Made by a program: the position numbers and the translations under genes. Below the pieces are notes generated by a model. That model was not told the DNA's origin. It worked only from the letters and a program-made list of their open reading frames with translations, and made no database searches. Below, in pieces: positions 35,903-46,901 of a stretch of DNA of 64,000 nt (the first letter of the stretch is position 1; the number at the start of each line of letters is the position of its first letter). The stretch lies in the NCBI GenBank assembly GCA_025594325.1, contig JANHCV010000012.1, forward strand, positions 1,240,001 to 1,304,000. The letters are read 5' to 3'. The DNA comes from Blastocladiella emersonii ATCC 22665 (Eukaryota > Fungi > Blastocladiomycota).

Positions 35903-36576
35903 ATACATGTCACGTGACTGTGGCTGAACGCGTTTTGCGGCTTGCTCGCGACTTTGGCTCGGGCGACGTTGCGCACTCCACTTCTCCTCCACGAAACGAA
36001 AGCTTGAGCGGCTGTAACATGCCGCAACACGACAGTCGGCCAAGGTGGACCGCGGAGGAGTGTGACCGCCTCGTCGACTGGCTGTGCCTCGACTCGAGCA
36101 ACTACGCCACCTTTGCGTCGCACGGCCACCGCGCTGCTGCTGCTCGACACGCTGCCGCCTGGCTCGCTCAGCATTCTGCACATACACGCTCCCCCGAGTC
36201 TGTCGGCAAGAAGCTCCATGAGCTGATCGACGCATACCATGGACTGCTCGCGTCGCTGTCGCTGTCCACCGCAGATCTGCGCGACCCGTCCTCTCTCTCA
36301 GCTCTCCGCCTCGCCCTCATCAACAACGATCCAACGACCGCGCTGAACTTTCAACACGCGTGCCACCGTTCAACGCGCATGTAAGCGCTGCACTTACTTC
36401 AAACACCTTGTCTTTAACAGTCGCACCCAGCTCGCTTTCGGCTGCTGGTTCTGCGCCTCAGCCTACCGCATCTGCAACCGCACCTCCGCCTGCTCCGCCA
36501 CCGGGTCTGGCGTTACTTGTCACATTTGGGCTTGCCTCATCAGGCTGATACATGTCACGTGAGTGGCTGAACGCGT
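35903..36576 (+). repeat. ~30-bp imperfect direct repeat pair (35903-35933 and 36548-36576) containing CACGTG, flanking the Myb-like ORF
   Basis: ATACATGTCACGTGA(CT)GTGGCTGAACGCGT occurs twice. Confidence 0.85.
36019..36384 (+). CDS. Myb/SANT-like (trihelix) DNA-binding domain ORF, possibly truncated or transposon-derived
   Basis: RPRWTAEECDRLVDWL...RSPESVGKKLHELIDAY. Confidence 0.6.
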   Translation: MPQHDSRPRWTAEECDRLVDWLCLDSSNYATFASHGHRAAAARHAAAWLAQHSAHTRSPESVGKKLHELIDAYHGLLASLSLSTADLRDPSSLSALRLALINNDPTTALNFQHACHRSTRM

Positions 36577-37055
36577 CCCTCGCCCTTTCTCCCTCGCGCG
36601 CCCTCGCTTGACAAAAGTCAACCCGCGGCAAATATGTACTTTGTTGTTGCTACTTAAGGTTTCAATGACGTTTCTTGATTGCTGTGCGACTTTAGCCGCA
36701 TCCGCGCTAAGTTGGCAACTGTACCTCATTTAGCTTCCTTACAAAGTTAATTATGCAGCTGAGCCAAGGCGGCGGTTCAACTTACGTGTTACCTTGTCGC
36801 TGTCGCTCTGCGCAGCATGTTATGCGGCAACAGCAGCAGCAGCGCGGCTGAGTTGAGTCACAGTCCCTGATCCTTGCCTTGATCGTGTCGCGATGGAGAT
36901 GAGCAACCATAAGTTGGGGCAGAAACTCGACAGGAACGCAATAGTCTCGCGATGACGACTTCAGCGTAGTCTGAGCTAACTCAACTCGTTTGCTTGTTTA
37001 CTCTCAAGCGCAGCACTCAACCCTCGTCTTGGCTCCAATTAGTGCTGCGCGGCAA

Positions 37056-37755
37056 GGCGACGCTGATGATCAACGCAAGAGGCGACGCTGGTCATTGACG
37101 CAACGAGCCGACGCTGATCATCAATGGAACAAGGCGACGCTGATCACGACCCAACGAGGCCACGCTGAACATTGACGTAACGAGGCGACGCTGAGTATTG
37201 ACATAAGGAGGCGACGCTGACTATCAACGCAACGAGGCAACGCTGATCCGCAACTTAACGAGGCAACGCTGGTCATCAACGCAAGGAGGCGACGCTGAAC
37301 ATTGAAGTAACGAGGTGGCGCTGAACATTGACGTAACGAGGCGACGCTAGACATTCACGGAACGAGGCGCGCTGGACATGAACCCAGCAAGGCGACGCTG
37401 GTCGCCAGCACAACAAGGCAACGCTGATCACCAACTCGACAAGGCGACGCTGACTATCAACTCGACAAGGCGACGCTGGCATCAACCCAACAAGACGACG
37501 CTGGTCATGGATGCAACGAGGCGACGCTGGTCATCTACGCAACAAGGCGACGCTGGTTATCAACCCAACAAGGCAAACCTGATCATCGACGCAACGAGGC
37601 GACGCTGATCACCAACTCAACAAGGCGGCGCTGAACTTCAACTCAGCAAGGCGACGATGATCATCAACGCGACAAGGCGACGCTGATCATCTATTCAACA
37701 AGGCGGCGCTGTTCCTCAATATAATGAGGCGACGCTGGCTGCCGACAACAACGCG
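37056..37755. repeat. 27-unit ~26-bp tandem array with conserved core (A)GGCGACGCTG and variable remainder
   Basis: Units counted by hand; period 26 bp (four units are 25 bp); consensus GGCGACGCTGATCATCAACGCAACRA. Confidence 0.95.
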
Positions 37756-38493
37756 GACGTTGCGCGCGTTGCCGTTGGCGTCGCCCGTGCACTGTGCGCT
37801 CTGCGGGATCATGAAGATGAACGGCTGCGGCGTTGATTATCGACCTAACGAGGCGACGACGATGCTGTCTGCCTACAACGACGCTTCATCGACCTCGCGA
37901 TCACGCGCAACCGGCACGTCAGCGTGCTTACGCCCGTGGGTGAGTTCAAGGTCGGCAAGCGCTCGCTGATGCGCCAGGAGGTGCACGCGCTGCGCAACGT
38001 GGTCAACTTGGACGCGGGTAACGCGTCTATCTCGCGAGCATTCTTCCCGAGGATGCGAGCCGGAATCAGATCAGAAAAGTGTGCGCAACTGAAAAGGTGT
38101 TCATTGCCGACTTACACTCATGAACGCTGAAGAGGGGAAGCGAACGCGAGGCGAGGACGGCCAAAGGCAAGGGCGAAAGGGCAAAGCCCTGCGCCGGTGC
38201 CAGCCGAAGGCTGTGTGACGACAAATCCGAGCTTACGCGCGCACTGTGAGTCGGCGCACGTGGGTGGTCGCAGCCGCGCGGCTTGATCGTCGATCCCTGC
38301 CTGCCCGGAATTCGCTGCTATATAAGCCGGGCATCCCTCGGAACACGCTGCTTCTCCCGCAGAGGACTCTCTCGTGTATTGGCACCGTTGCTCATGTATG
38401 CTTCGCTCGCCCTTTAACGCCCGCGCAACGCCACCAACTGACCCTCTCCCTCCCCACAGTCCAGCAGCACCCGATCCTCCCTCCCCCGCACCG

Positions 38494-41196
38494 ATGCCGT
38501 TCATCTCGACCCTCGACGTCGCGCAGGCCCGCCCCGCGCCGGCGTCGGCCACGGCGCGCGCGACGCTCGAGCGCCTGTCTGTGTTCGCGCCCGTGCTCGT
38601 CCGCCTGCCCGCGGGCAACGCGCTGACGGCGCTGCGGACGGCCGACTCCGCCCGTCTCGCCACGCTCAAGCGGTCGATCGTCGTGCTGCCCGCGGCCGCC
38701 GACCTCGCCGACCAGGTCGTCCAGGTCCTCGAGGCCGGCGCCGACCGCGTCGCGCTGCAGGCGCACTCACCTGTCGACCTCGCCGCGCTCGCCGCCACGT
38801 TCCCCAAGAACCGCATCATGGCGCACCTGTCGACGCCCGCCGTCACCCCGCTCGCGCTCGCCGACCTCAAGCGCGCCGTCGACGCGCTCAACGGCGCTGT
38901 GTCCGGCTACGTCGTGCACGTCGGCAGCAACCCCGCCGCGGGGATCGACCAGGCCGCGCTCGCCGACCTCGTCAAGCTGGTCCAGGCCGGCGAAGCCGAG
39001 CGCACGCTCGTCCTCGACTTCCTCGCCGGGCCCGGCACCTTCGCCGAGGCCGCGGCGCTCGCCGCGCTCCCGGGCGTGACGGTCGCCGTCCCCGCGCCGC
39101 GCATCACGTACCCGGGCGCCGACGACATGGACCAGTCGTCCGCCTTCGACTTCCCCGCGGCCGCGCTCGTGACGACGGGCATGACGTCCGACCGCGCCGA
39201 CGGTCTGTTCCCGACGGTGGTCGCCGACGAGCACGGGACCGCGCTCGGGCTCGTGTACAGCAGCCGCGCGTCGATCGCCGAGGCGCTGCGCACGGGGACG
39301 GGCGTGTACCACTCGCGCAAGCGCGGCGTGTGGCACAAGGGCGCGACGTCGGGCGCCACGCAGGCGCTCGTGCGCATCGACGTCGACTGCGACGCGGACG
39401 CGCTGCAGTTCGTCGTGCGCCAGGCGGGCGTCGGGTTCTGCCACCGCGCCACACCGAGCTGCTTCGGGACCGCCGCCGCGGGTGGCGTGCCCGCGCTTGC
39501 GGCCACGCTCGAGGCGCGCAAGACGGCCGCCCCCGCCGGCAGCTACACGCACCGGCTGTTCAACGACACCAAGCTGCTCCACGCCAAGCTGCTCGAGGAG
39601 GCCCACGAGCTCATCGAGGCCGTGACCCCCGCCGAGGTCGCCGCCGAGGCCGCCGACGTGCTCTACTTTGCCCTCGCCAAGGCCACCGCCCACGGCGTCT
39701 CGCTCGCCGACATCGAGGCCGTCCTCGACGCCCGCGCGCGCAAGGTCACGCGCCGCCCGGGGAACGCCAAGCCGCAGTACGCCGCGGCCATTGAGGCGGC
39801 TGCCGCCAAGAAGCAGGCTGCCGCTGCCGCGCCCGCCGCGCCCAAGAAGCCCGAGGGCGGGCTCAAGATGAAGCACGTCGACCTGGCCTCGGTGCCCGCG
39901 GACTCGGCGCAGTACACGGCGCTGCTGCAGCGCCCGATCCTCGACTCGGACAAGATCATGGGGATCGTGCGCCCGATCGTCGACGCGGTGCGCACGCGCG
40001 GCGACGCGGCCGTCCTCGAGTACACGGCCAAGTTCGACGGCGTCGCCCTCGCCTCGCCCGTCCTCCTGCCGCCGTTCGCGCAGCACTACGACGCCAAGGC
40101 GCTGACGCCCGCGGTGCGCGCCGCCATCGACACGGCCGTCGCCAACGTCGACAAGTTCCACCGCGCGCAGCTCGAGACGGAGCCGCTCGTCGTCGAGACG
40201 ATGCCGGGCATCACGTGCTCGCGCGTCGTCCGGCCCATCGAGCGTGTCGGCCTGTACGTGCCCGGCGGGTCCGCGGTGCTCCCGTCGTCGACGCTCATGC
40301 TCGGCGTCCCCGCGGCCGTTGCCGGGTGCGAGAAGATCGTCATCGCGACGCCGCCGCGCAAGGACGGGAGCGTCGCGCCCGAGGTCCTGTACGTCGCCGA
40401 CAAGGTGGGCGCGGCGCAGGTCGTGATGGCGGGCGGCGCGCAGGCGGTCGCGGCCATGGCGTACGGCACCGAGACGGTGCTCAAGGTCGACAAGATCTGC
40501 GGGCCCGGCAACCAGTTTGTCACGGCGGCCAAGATGCTGTGCACGACCGATACCGCGGCCATGGTCGCCATCGACATGCCCGCGGGCCCGTCCGAGGTGC
40601 TCGTGATCGCCGACGGGACGTCGGACCCGCGGTTCGTCGCCGCCGACCTGCTGTCGCAGGCCGAGCACGGGCCCGACTCGCAGGTGGTCCTGGTCGCCGT
40701 CGACATGACGGACGCCGATGTGGCGCGCGTCGAGGCGGCCGTCGAGAAGCAGGCGAACCTGCTCCCGCGCGTTGACATTGTGCGTCAGTGCCTGCCCAAG
40801 TCGTGGATCGTGCGCGCGCCGACCATGGCCGCGGCCGTGGCGTTCAGCAACGCGTACGCGCCCGAGCACCTGATCCTCAACTTCGCGTCCGACGACCTCG
40901 CCAAGTCGCTCGTCGACCAGATCACCAACGCCGGGTCCGTGTTCGTCGGCGCCTACTCGCCCGAGTCGTGCGGCGACTATGCGTCGGGCACCAACCACAC
41001 GCTGCCGACGTACGGGTACGCCCGCATGTACTCGGGCGTCAACACCCACACGTTTGTCAAGCATATCACCACCCAGCACCTGTCGCGCGACGGGCTCGAC
41101 CGGCTCGCGGACTGCGTCATCACGCTCGCCGAGGTCGAGGGGCTCGACGCTCATGCGCGCGCGGTCGCGATCCGCGTTGGCCGCTTCGACGCTTAA
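38494..41196 (+). CDS. HIS4: Trifunctional histidine biosynthesis protein (HisI-HisE-HisD), intronless
   Basis: GLVYSS..VYHSRKRGVWHKGATSG..DCDADAL..FCH (HisI); SYTHRLFND..KLLEEAHEL (HisE); VGLYVPGGSAVLPSS, GPGNQFVTAAK, DMPAGPSEVLV, QAEHG, ESCGDYASGTNHTLPT (HisD). Confidence 0.98.
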   Translation: MPFISTLDVAQARPAPASATARATLERLSVFAPVLVRLPAGNALTALRTADSARLATLKRSIVVLPAAADLADQVVQVLEAGADRVALQAHSPVDLAALAATFPKNRIMAHLSTPAVTPLALADLKRAVDALNGAVSGYVVHVGSNPAAGIDQAALADLVKLVQAGEAERTLVLDFLAGPGTFAEAAALAALPGVTVAVPAPRITYPGADDMDQSSAFDFPAAALVTTGMTSDRADGLFPTVVADEHGTALGLVYSSRASIAEALRTGTGVYHSRKRGVWHKGATSGATQALVRIDVDCDADALQFVVRQAGVGFCHRATPSCFGTAAAGGVPALAATLEARKTAAPAGSYTHRLFNDTKLLHAKLLEEAHELIEAVTPAEVAAEAADVLYFALAKATAHGVSLADIEAVLDARARKVTRRPGNAKPQYAAAIEAAAAKKQAAAAAPAAPKKPEGGLKMKHVDLASVPADSAQYTALLQRPILDSDKIMGIVRPIVDAVRTRGDAAVLEYTAKFDGVALASPVLLPPFAQHYDAKALTPAVRAAIDTAVANVDKFHRAQLETEPLVVETMPGITCSRVVRPIERVGLYVPGGSAVLPSSTLMLGVPAAVAGCEKIVIATPPRKDGSVAPEVLYVADKVGAAQVVMAGGAQAVAAMAYGTETVLKVDKICGPGNQFVTAAKMLCTTDTAAMVAIDMPAGPSEVLVIADGTSDPRFVAADLLSQAEHGPDSQVVLVAVDMTDADVARVEAAVEKQANLLPRVDIVRQCLPKSWIVRAPTMAAAVAFSNAYAPEHLILNFASDDLAKSLVDQITNAGSVFVGAYSPESCGDYASGTNHTLPTYGYARMYSGVNTHTFVKHITTQHLSRDGLDRLADCVITLAEVEGLDAHARAVAIRVGRFDA

Positions 41197-41245
41197 GTCG
41201 TGTCGCGTGCGATGGGTGAGAGTGAATGAATACATTTTTCGCTGT

Positions 41246-42051
41246 TCATTGCGCCAATCTCCGCTCCCTCTCAGGTTTCGCCGCCCAGTCCTTGCCCGAG
41301 TCGCGCCGCGCGATCGCCTGCCCTTGCCCTTGTCCGCGGCTCGGCGACCCGGGCTGTGACACGTCGGTTCCGCCCTCGCCGATCGCCTTGCGCGGCGACG
41401 ACGGGCTCGCCGGCGGCTGCCCCGTCGCTGCCGCGGCGGTGGTCTCGTCCGAGGCGGCGACCGACGTGGCCGACTTCCACGACACGACGGGCTTGGACGC
41501 GGCGTTGCTCGGCCCCAGGCCGTACAGCTCGGGACCGAGGTGCAGCACGCCGCGCGCCCACGAGTCGACGGGCATTGGCGCGGGTTCTACGGTTGTGCGA
41601 GGGAGTGAGTGGTACGCGAGGGGAAGCGAGGGGAGGGGGTTGAGCGGACCTTCGTCAGGCAACCACATAGGGTCGCTCGGGTCGACCGTGTCCTCGTCAA
41701 AGAACTCCCACTACATTGAAGTACATAAGCTTCCTCACCCTTCTTAGCCCCGTCACCGTGACGCACCATCGCCAGCCTGAGCACCGTATCCTTGGCATAC
41801 TGGACGGCGTAGGGAAGGACCTGCGAGCTGATGTGCTTCTCGAACAGCACGTCCTGCGACCGCTGCAGGATCTCCTCGACGAGGTCCACGACGATCAGCT
41901 CGCCGTCGTCCACGTCGAGGCACGCCACGGCCGCGCGCTGCAGCAGCGGCGTCGCGAGGGGTTCGGGCGCCGACGCCGCGGGCGCAGGGGCGGGCGACGC
42001 CAAGGCGTGTGTTGACGCGGTCGCGGTGCCGGTGGCTGCGGTTGATGACAT
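41246..42051 (-). CDS. C2orf81/DUF4639-like protein, multi-exon
   Basis: GELIVVDLVEEILQRSQDVLFEKHISSQVLPYAVQYAKD..|WEF..W.PDE|EPAPMPVDSWARG. Confidence 0.7.
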
Positions 42052-42256
42052 GTTACATGGGTCCGATGGGTGAGGTGTGAGGAGCGGAGAGAGCGTGGAA
42101 ACGGCGCCGCGGAGACAGCAACGGAGACGCGTCGCACTCGTCACCTGACGCCGATCGCGACGCGTCGCGCGCCTTCGCCGCCGCCGTGCTCTTCGAGTGC
42201 TCCCGCTCTCTCTTCACTCGTACCACACACAGTCCATGTAATCGCACATCAACACC

Positions 42257-43740
42257 ATGAACGTCCCCTTCCCGAGCCACCTGGTCGAGAACGCCGACGG
42301 TCCGCCTGCCCCCTCGACCTGCCTTCGCCGACCCGTTCCTCACGCCCCCGACACGCATAGACGACTCGAAACGCCGTGCGCTCGAGTTCTGGAACACGCT
42401 CAACTCGCTCGCCGCGACCGATCCGCGCAAGTACCGCGAGACGCTGGCGGCGACGGCGCGCGAGATGAAGGCGGCCGAGAAGCGCACCGCGCGCGACTTT
42501 ATCCACCCCGTCTTCCACATGCAGCTCGCGAACGTCGCCGTGAATGTGCTTAAGAGCGGCGGGATCAAGTCCATGGTCGCCGACGAGGTGCCGATGCTCG
42601 TGAGCCGCGGGCGGAGGGTCGGGACCAAGGGTACGTGAGGTACAGGAGCGAGGAGTTGGGTTGGCTGACGCGGGAGACGCGTGTAGAGACCGTCTACGAC
42701 ATCGTGCTGCACCCGTCGACCATCGACCGCGCGCGCAACGACACCGAGTTCCAGGCCGCGCTCCAGGACCTGCTCCTGCGGTCCGTCGAGGAGACGCACG
42801 GCGTCGCGCTCCCGCGCAAGGGTACCCTCTCTCTCCTCCCTTCACCCCGCCACGCCGTAAACTCACGCCAGAGTAGGCGTCAAGCTCGGGACCAAGTACA
42901 TTGGCCGGTGGCTGTGGCGCGACGACGGCACGCAGTTCACGGACGCCGAGCTCGAGGAGGTCGCCGACCTGACGGTCGAGTCGATGCTCGGCAAGCTGCG
43001 GCTCGACGGCGACGCTGGCGCCGCGAAAAAACAGCAGGGCAAGGGCGACCCCGAGGAGCTCGCGACACTTGTCCTGCCCGGCCAGTCCATGGGCCGCGTC
43101 GACTCCAAGGCCGCGCTCATCGAGGAGGTCAGCGGGTCGTCGTCGCCCGTGGTCGCGCCGAAGAAGCCGCTCATTGAGGAGGTTTCCGTACCCGCACCGG
43201 TCGCGGCGTGGGTGGCCGAGCCGGCACCGCCCGTACCCCAAGCGAACAGCGACGACGAGGAGGAAGAGGACGAGTCCGAGCTGACCAACGAGCAGCAAAA
43301 GTTTCTCGCGTCGCAGCCCGCGCCCGGCCACGGCGTTCGCGTCCTGTACTCGCCGATCGACGACGACGACGACGGCGACGAGGATCCGGGTCTGCGTGTC
43401 GCTGCCTTTGACCTCTCGGACTGGGTACGCTCTCCCCCACCCTCCTCGAGCCACCGCTCACACTGACCCCCTCGAAACGCCGTAGCTGCCCGCCAACACG
43501 CCGTGGCCGTACGCGTCCGCGTCGCTCGACCCGGACACGAACGTGCTCGAGTTCGCCCCGCCCGCGTCGTCGCTGCCGCACCTCTCGGTGCGCTTCTTCC
43601 GGCTCGGCGCGCAGCTGCTCGTCGGTCCGCGCGTCGTGCACGCGACCACAGCGTGGATCGGCGGCGCCGACGTGCCCGCCAGTGTCGAGCCGCGGTTCGC
43701 CAAGCGGACGCGCCGGTTGGCGGTGCGCGTGCGGTTCTAA
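42257..43740 (+). CDS. PIH1 domain protein, PIH1D2-like, with C-terminal CS-like domain; multi-exon
   Basis: EFWNTLNSLAATDPRKY (PIH1D2-like N-terminus); VYDIVLHPSTIDRA..DTEF..L..L; C-terminal PRFAKRTRRLAVRV. Confidence 0.75.
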
Positions 43741-43762
43741 CGCAAAAGGGATATATCTCGTT

Positions 43763-45358
43763 TTACTCGGCAGCAGGCGGCGCGGGGGCAGGCACGACCA
43801 TGGGCTTCGTGCGGAGCAGGAGGTCCTGCTCGATCTTGGTCTTGACGACGGCGAACTCGCGCTCGAAATCCATGATGGTGAGCGGCGGGTGGCCCGTGTA
43901 CTCGGTCCAGTGCTTGTTGAAGGCGAAGAAGACGTAGCAGTAGAACTCGTGCACGGCCGCGCGCGACGGGTGGTGCCGGTACAGGTAGTGCTGCAGCTGG
44001 CGCGTGCGCAGCAGCTGCACCACGTACGCCGTGATGTTGATGCCCACAATCGCAAACGAGTACCACGAGACCGGGTGCCGCGACGACGCCAGGATGTGCG
44101 CGGCCGCCAACGGGTGCGTCTTGGCGAAGTACACGAGATCGTCGAGCGCCTGCATCCCCATGCCGCGGAAGTCCGTCGCCGGGTCGCGGCCCTGGAACCC
44201 AATGTCGCCCCACTGCGAGGTGAGCCGCGACTCGAGCGCGATACCCGGCATCAGCAGCGACCACAGCTCCAGCAGCTTGCGCTCGTGCGCCTTGTTGGTC
44301 GCGTCGTACTTGGTCGCGACCCGCGCGTTGATCTCGGCGATCACGCGGTGCGACTCGTGGATCACGGAAACGGCAGCGTAAAGCACGCGCGCCTCGGGGC
44401 TAAGGTCCGGGTGCAGCAGCGACGCGCTTTGGGGCGTGAGTTGGCGAGGGCGGGTTGAGGGAGCGGGGGTGGGAGGGAGGGAGCGGGGGTGGGAGGGAGG
44501 GAGGGCGTACGTCTCGAGGTTGGCGTTGCCCGGGAAACGCTTCTTGAGCATGATCATCTGCGTGACTTCTTCGAGACCGCATTCTAGGCGTGGGGGCGGT
44601 TGGGTCAGCGTGGCCGTGGTGGGTGGCGCACGGGTGCGCGCGTACCCTTGGACTCGAGCGAGCGGCGCTCAATCTACGCGTGGTACTGCGTGAGTCGGCA
44701 ACGTTCCGGACAGTGGAACGAGCGGACGTACAGCAAGCTGATTCGAGAACAGAATCGACTGGTCTACACACACGGCTCGCGTCAGTTCCCGGCCCACACC
44801 CCGAGCACTTCCCCAAAACGTACCGATCTCCGCGATACACTCGCTCGTCACCACGGCCTCCTCCTCGTCCTCCTCGTCGTGCAGCGTCACCTCATCCTCC
44901 TCGACCGCATCCCGCCGCTTCCGCTCGGCCGTGCCGCGCGCCACCTCGCGCGCGCACACGCGGAACAGCTCGGACGTGTTGGTGACGAGCCCGACGACGT
45001 ACTTGTAGACGCGGAACAGTGCCAGCAGCCACGGGCGCGCGTAGATGTAGTCGCGGATCAGGTGGCGGTACGGATCGACGAGCGACGTCAGGCCGCGCAG
45101 CAGGTGCGGCGACCACAGGACCATGGCCAGCGCCACGACAAGAAGGAGGAGAAGAGCGGGTAGCAGCAGCGGCGTGGCGGCAGAGGAGCGGGCCGCTGCT
45201 GGAGAGGCGGGAGCGTCGGCGGGCGACAGGGTGGGAACGCAGGCGCGCGCGAGAGGGCGGCGCGGCGCGGTGGCTCGTTGGCAGAGACCGCTCGGTAGGT
45301 CGGTTGCTGCGAGTGCAGCGGTCCGTTGATGCGTTGCGCGCGGCGCGCCAGGTTCCAT
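43763..45358 (-). CDS. ELMO-domain protein (ELMOD1/2-like ARF-family GAP), multi-exon; start uncertain (45358 or 45124)
   Basis: TSELFRVC..IDQSILFS; HERKLLELWSLL..SQWGDIGFQGRDPATDFRGMG..Y.FAIVGINIT. Confidence 0.9.
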
Positions 45359-45503
45359 GAGAGCCGGTTGCGGGAGGAGCGACTGGGCGGCGGCGAGCGT
45401 GGCATCTTGTCGACGGCGGCGACGGCGCTTCTCTGCTCGCGCCACCACAGAGTGCTCACGGATAGACGCGGTGCGACTCGCTGCAACGACCTCGCAAGAA
45501 ACC

Positions 45504-46013
45504 ATGTCGTCCGTCTCTCTCCTCGCGCGCGACGACGTCCGGATCATGTGCGGCCCTATCCCTGCTCGACCCTCAGTCACCGGCCCTTACTCGTCCTCTC
45601 GCAGGGTCTCGTCCGTGTGCAACCGCGACACGGCGACGTACGGCAAGCAGCACCTGACGGACGGCAACCCCGAGACGTGCTGGAACAGCGACCAGGGCAG
45701 CCCGCAGCGGATCGCCGTCGACTTTGGCCGCCCGGTCCTCATCTCATCCATCGAGCTGACGTTCCAGGGCGGCTTCGTCGGCACGCCATGCGAGATCTTC
45801 GCCAACACGAGCGGCGGGTCCGCCGTGGCCCCGTGGTGGACGGCGTACCCCGAGGACACGAACGCGCCGCAGTCGTTCCGCGTCCCGGACAACATCGCGG
45901 CGACGGCGGCGGCGCCCGTGTCGCGCATCAAGCTCGTGTTCCCCGCGAGCTCCGACTTTTACGGCCGCGTCACCGTGTACCGGCTCGACGTGCTGGGCCG
46001 CGAGGCCGACTGA
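45504..46013 (+). CDS. NR2C2AP: Nuclear receptor 2C2-associated protein-like (discoidin-like fold), 1 intron
   Basis: RVSSVCNRDTATYGKQHLTDGNPETCWNSDQGSPQ..FQGGFVG..FYGRVTVYRL. Confidence 0.85.
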   Translation: MSSVSLLARDDVRIMCGPIPARPSVTGPYSSSRRVSSVCNRDTATYGKQHLTDGNPETCWNSDQGSPQRIAVDFGRPVLISSIELTFQGGFVGTPCEIFANTSGGSAVAPWWTAYPEDTNAPQSFRVPDNIAATAAAPVSRIKLVFPASSDFYGRVTVYRLDVLGREAD

Positions 46014-46901
46014 GCGTGAGAATACAGGGGTAGTAGGGGTTCTGCATCGCGATTCGGCCTTGGCAGGGAGCGACCGTCAGCGGCTCCGCGATGCGAGCTC
46101 CGGCGCATCGTAGGCATTTGCTAAGCTGGAGCCCTCGGGAGACGTGCGTCCCGCCGCGTCCCGCCGCGGGGCAGCGCATATCGTGATAGCGGCGGCGGTG
46201 CACCGGAACGGGTGACGCGGTTGGTGGATAGTGGCGCAGCACCGACGCGTGGGACACCCGCCTGCCCGCAACCCGCAGTTGACCGCTTGCCCGGGACACG
46301 CTTTGTCACCGCACCGCGCGCATCGCGCGGAACCGCGCCGCGCCGTGATCTCCGCCGGCCGCGAGCCACGGCGCGCACGCCGCGCGCGCGGACGCGGTGG
46401 GAGGCATCGACGCGACGCGGCCGCCTTCTCGATGCCCGTGGAACGCGTCTCCCTATGCAAACGCGCGCCCTCGATGGGGTTTGGAAGGGACCAAGCGGCA
46501 GGGGCCGGTGCGAATCGCCCGATGGACGCGCGGCGGTGTCAGCGCGGGCCAAGGCACTCGTTGGGCTCGATGGGCAGGGTCGGGAGGGAGACGAGGGTGA
46601 GGGCAAGCGCGCGTTACGAATGGCTCATGGCGGACGCAGGCCGTGATACTTTGAGCGACACGGGGCGCGGGCGCGCAGTGCACCCAATCCGTCTCTGCGC
46701 TGGGTGCACCGTTGGCGAGATTCATGATCGGTGCCGCGCCATAAAGCTTGCGGGATCGGGTCTCTTCCTTCTCGCTCCCTCCTGTGACTCTACGAAGCGT
46801 TTGACGAAGCCCATCAGCGAGCGACCCTCGCACACCACGGATCATCGTCGGCGCCCTTCCTCACGCCTCCATCTCCGACTCGGCGCTCATCGACCGCGAC
46901 C

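Noticed and set aside
37056-37755. CRISPR-like repeat/spacer appearance
   Set aside because: The constant part is only ~10-15 bp, the variable parts share a consensus, there are no cas genes, and the context is eukaryotic.
37780-38130. hAT dimerisation-domain remnant
   Set aside because: The codons look coding-like, but the diagnostic IPASSA..ER.FS motif is absent.
38494-39180. Extra ~230-aa N-terminal region of HIS4
   Set aside because: Fungal trifunctional His4 proteins normally carry an N-terminal extension, so this is not novel.
38767-41235. Long antisense ORFs opposite HIS4 and other genes (e.g. 47361..48401, 56062..57792, 59481..60863)
   Set aside because: These are shadow ORFs expected from very high GC3, with Arg/Ala/Gly-rich composition and no motifs.
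42090-42135. RFX X-box in the C2orf81-like/PIH1D2-like bidirectional promoter
   Set aside because: Only scattered half-sites (GGAAAC, GCAAC, GGAGAC), with no properly spaced palindrome.
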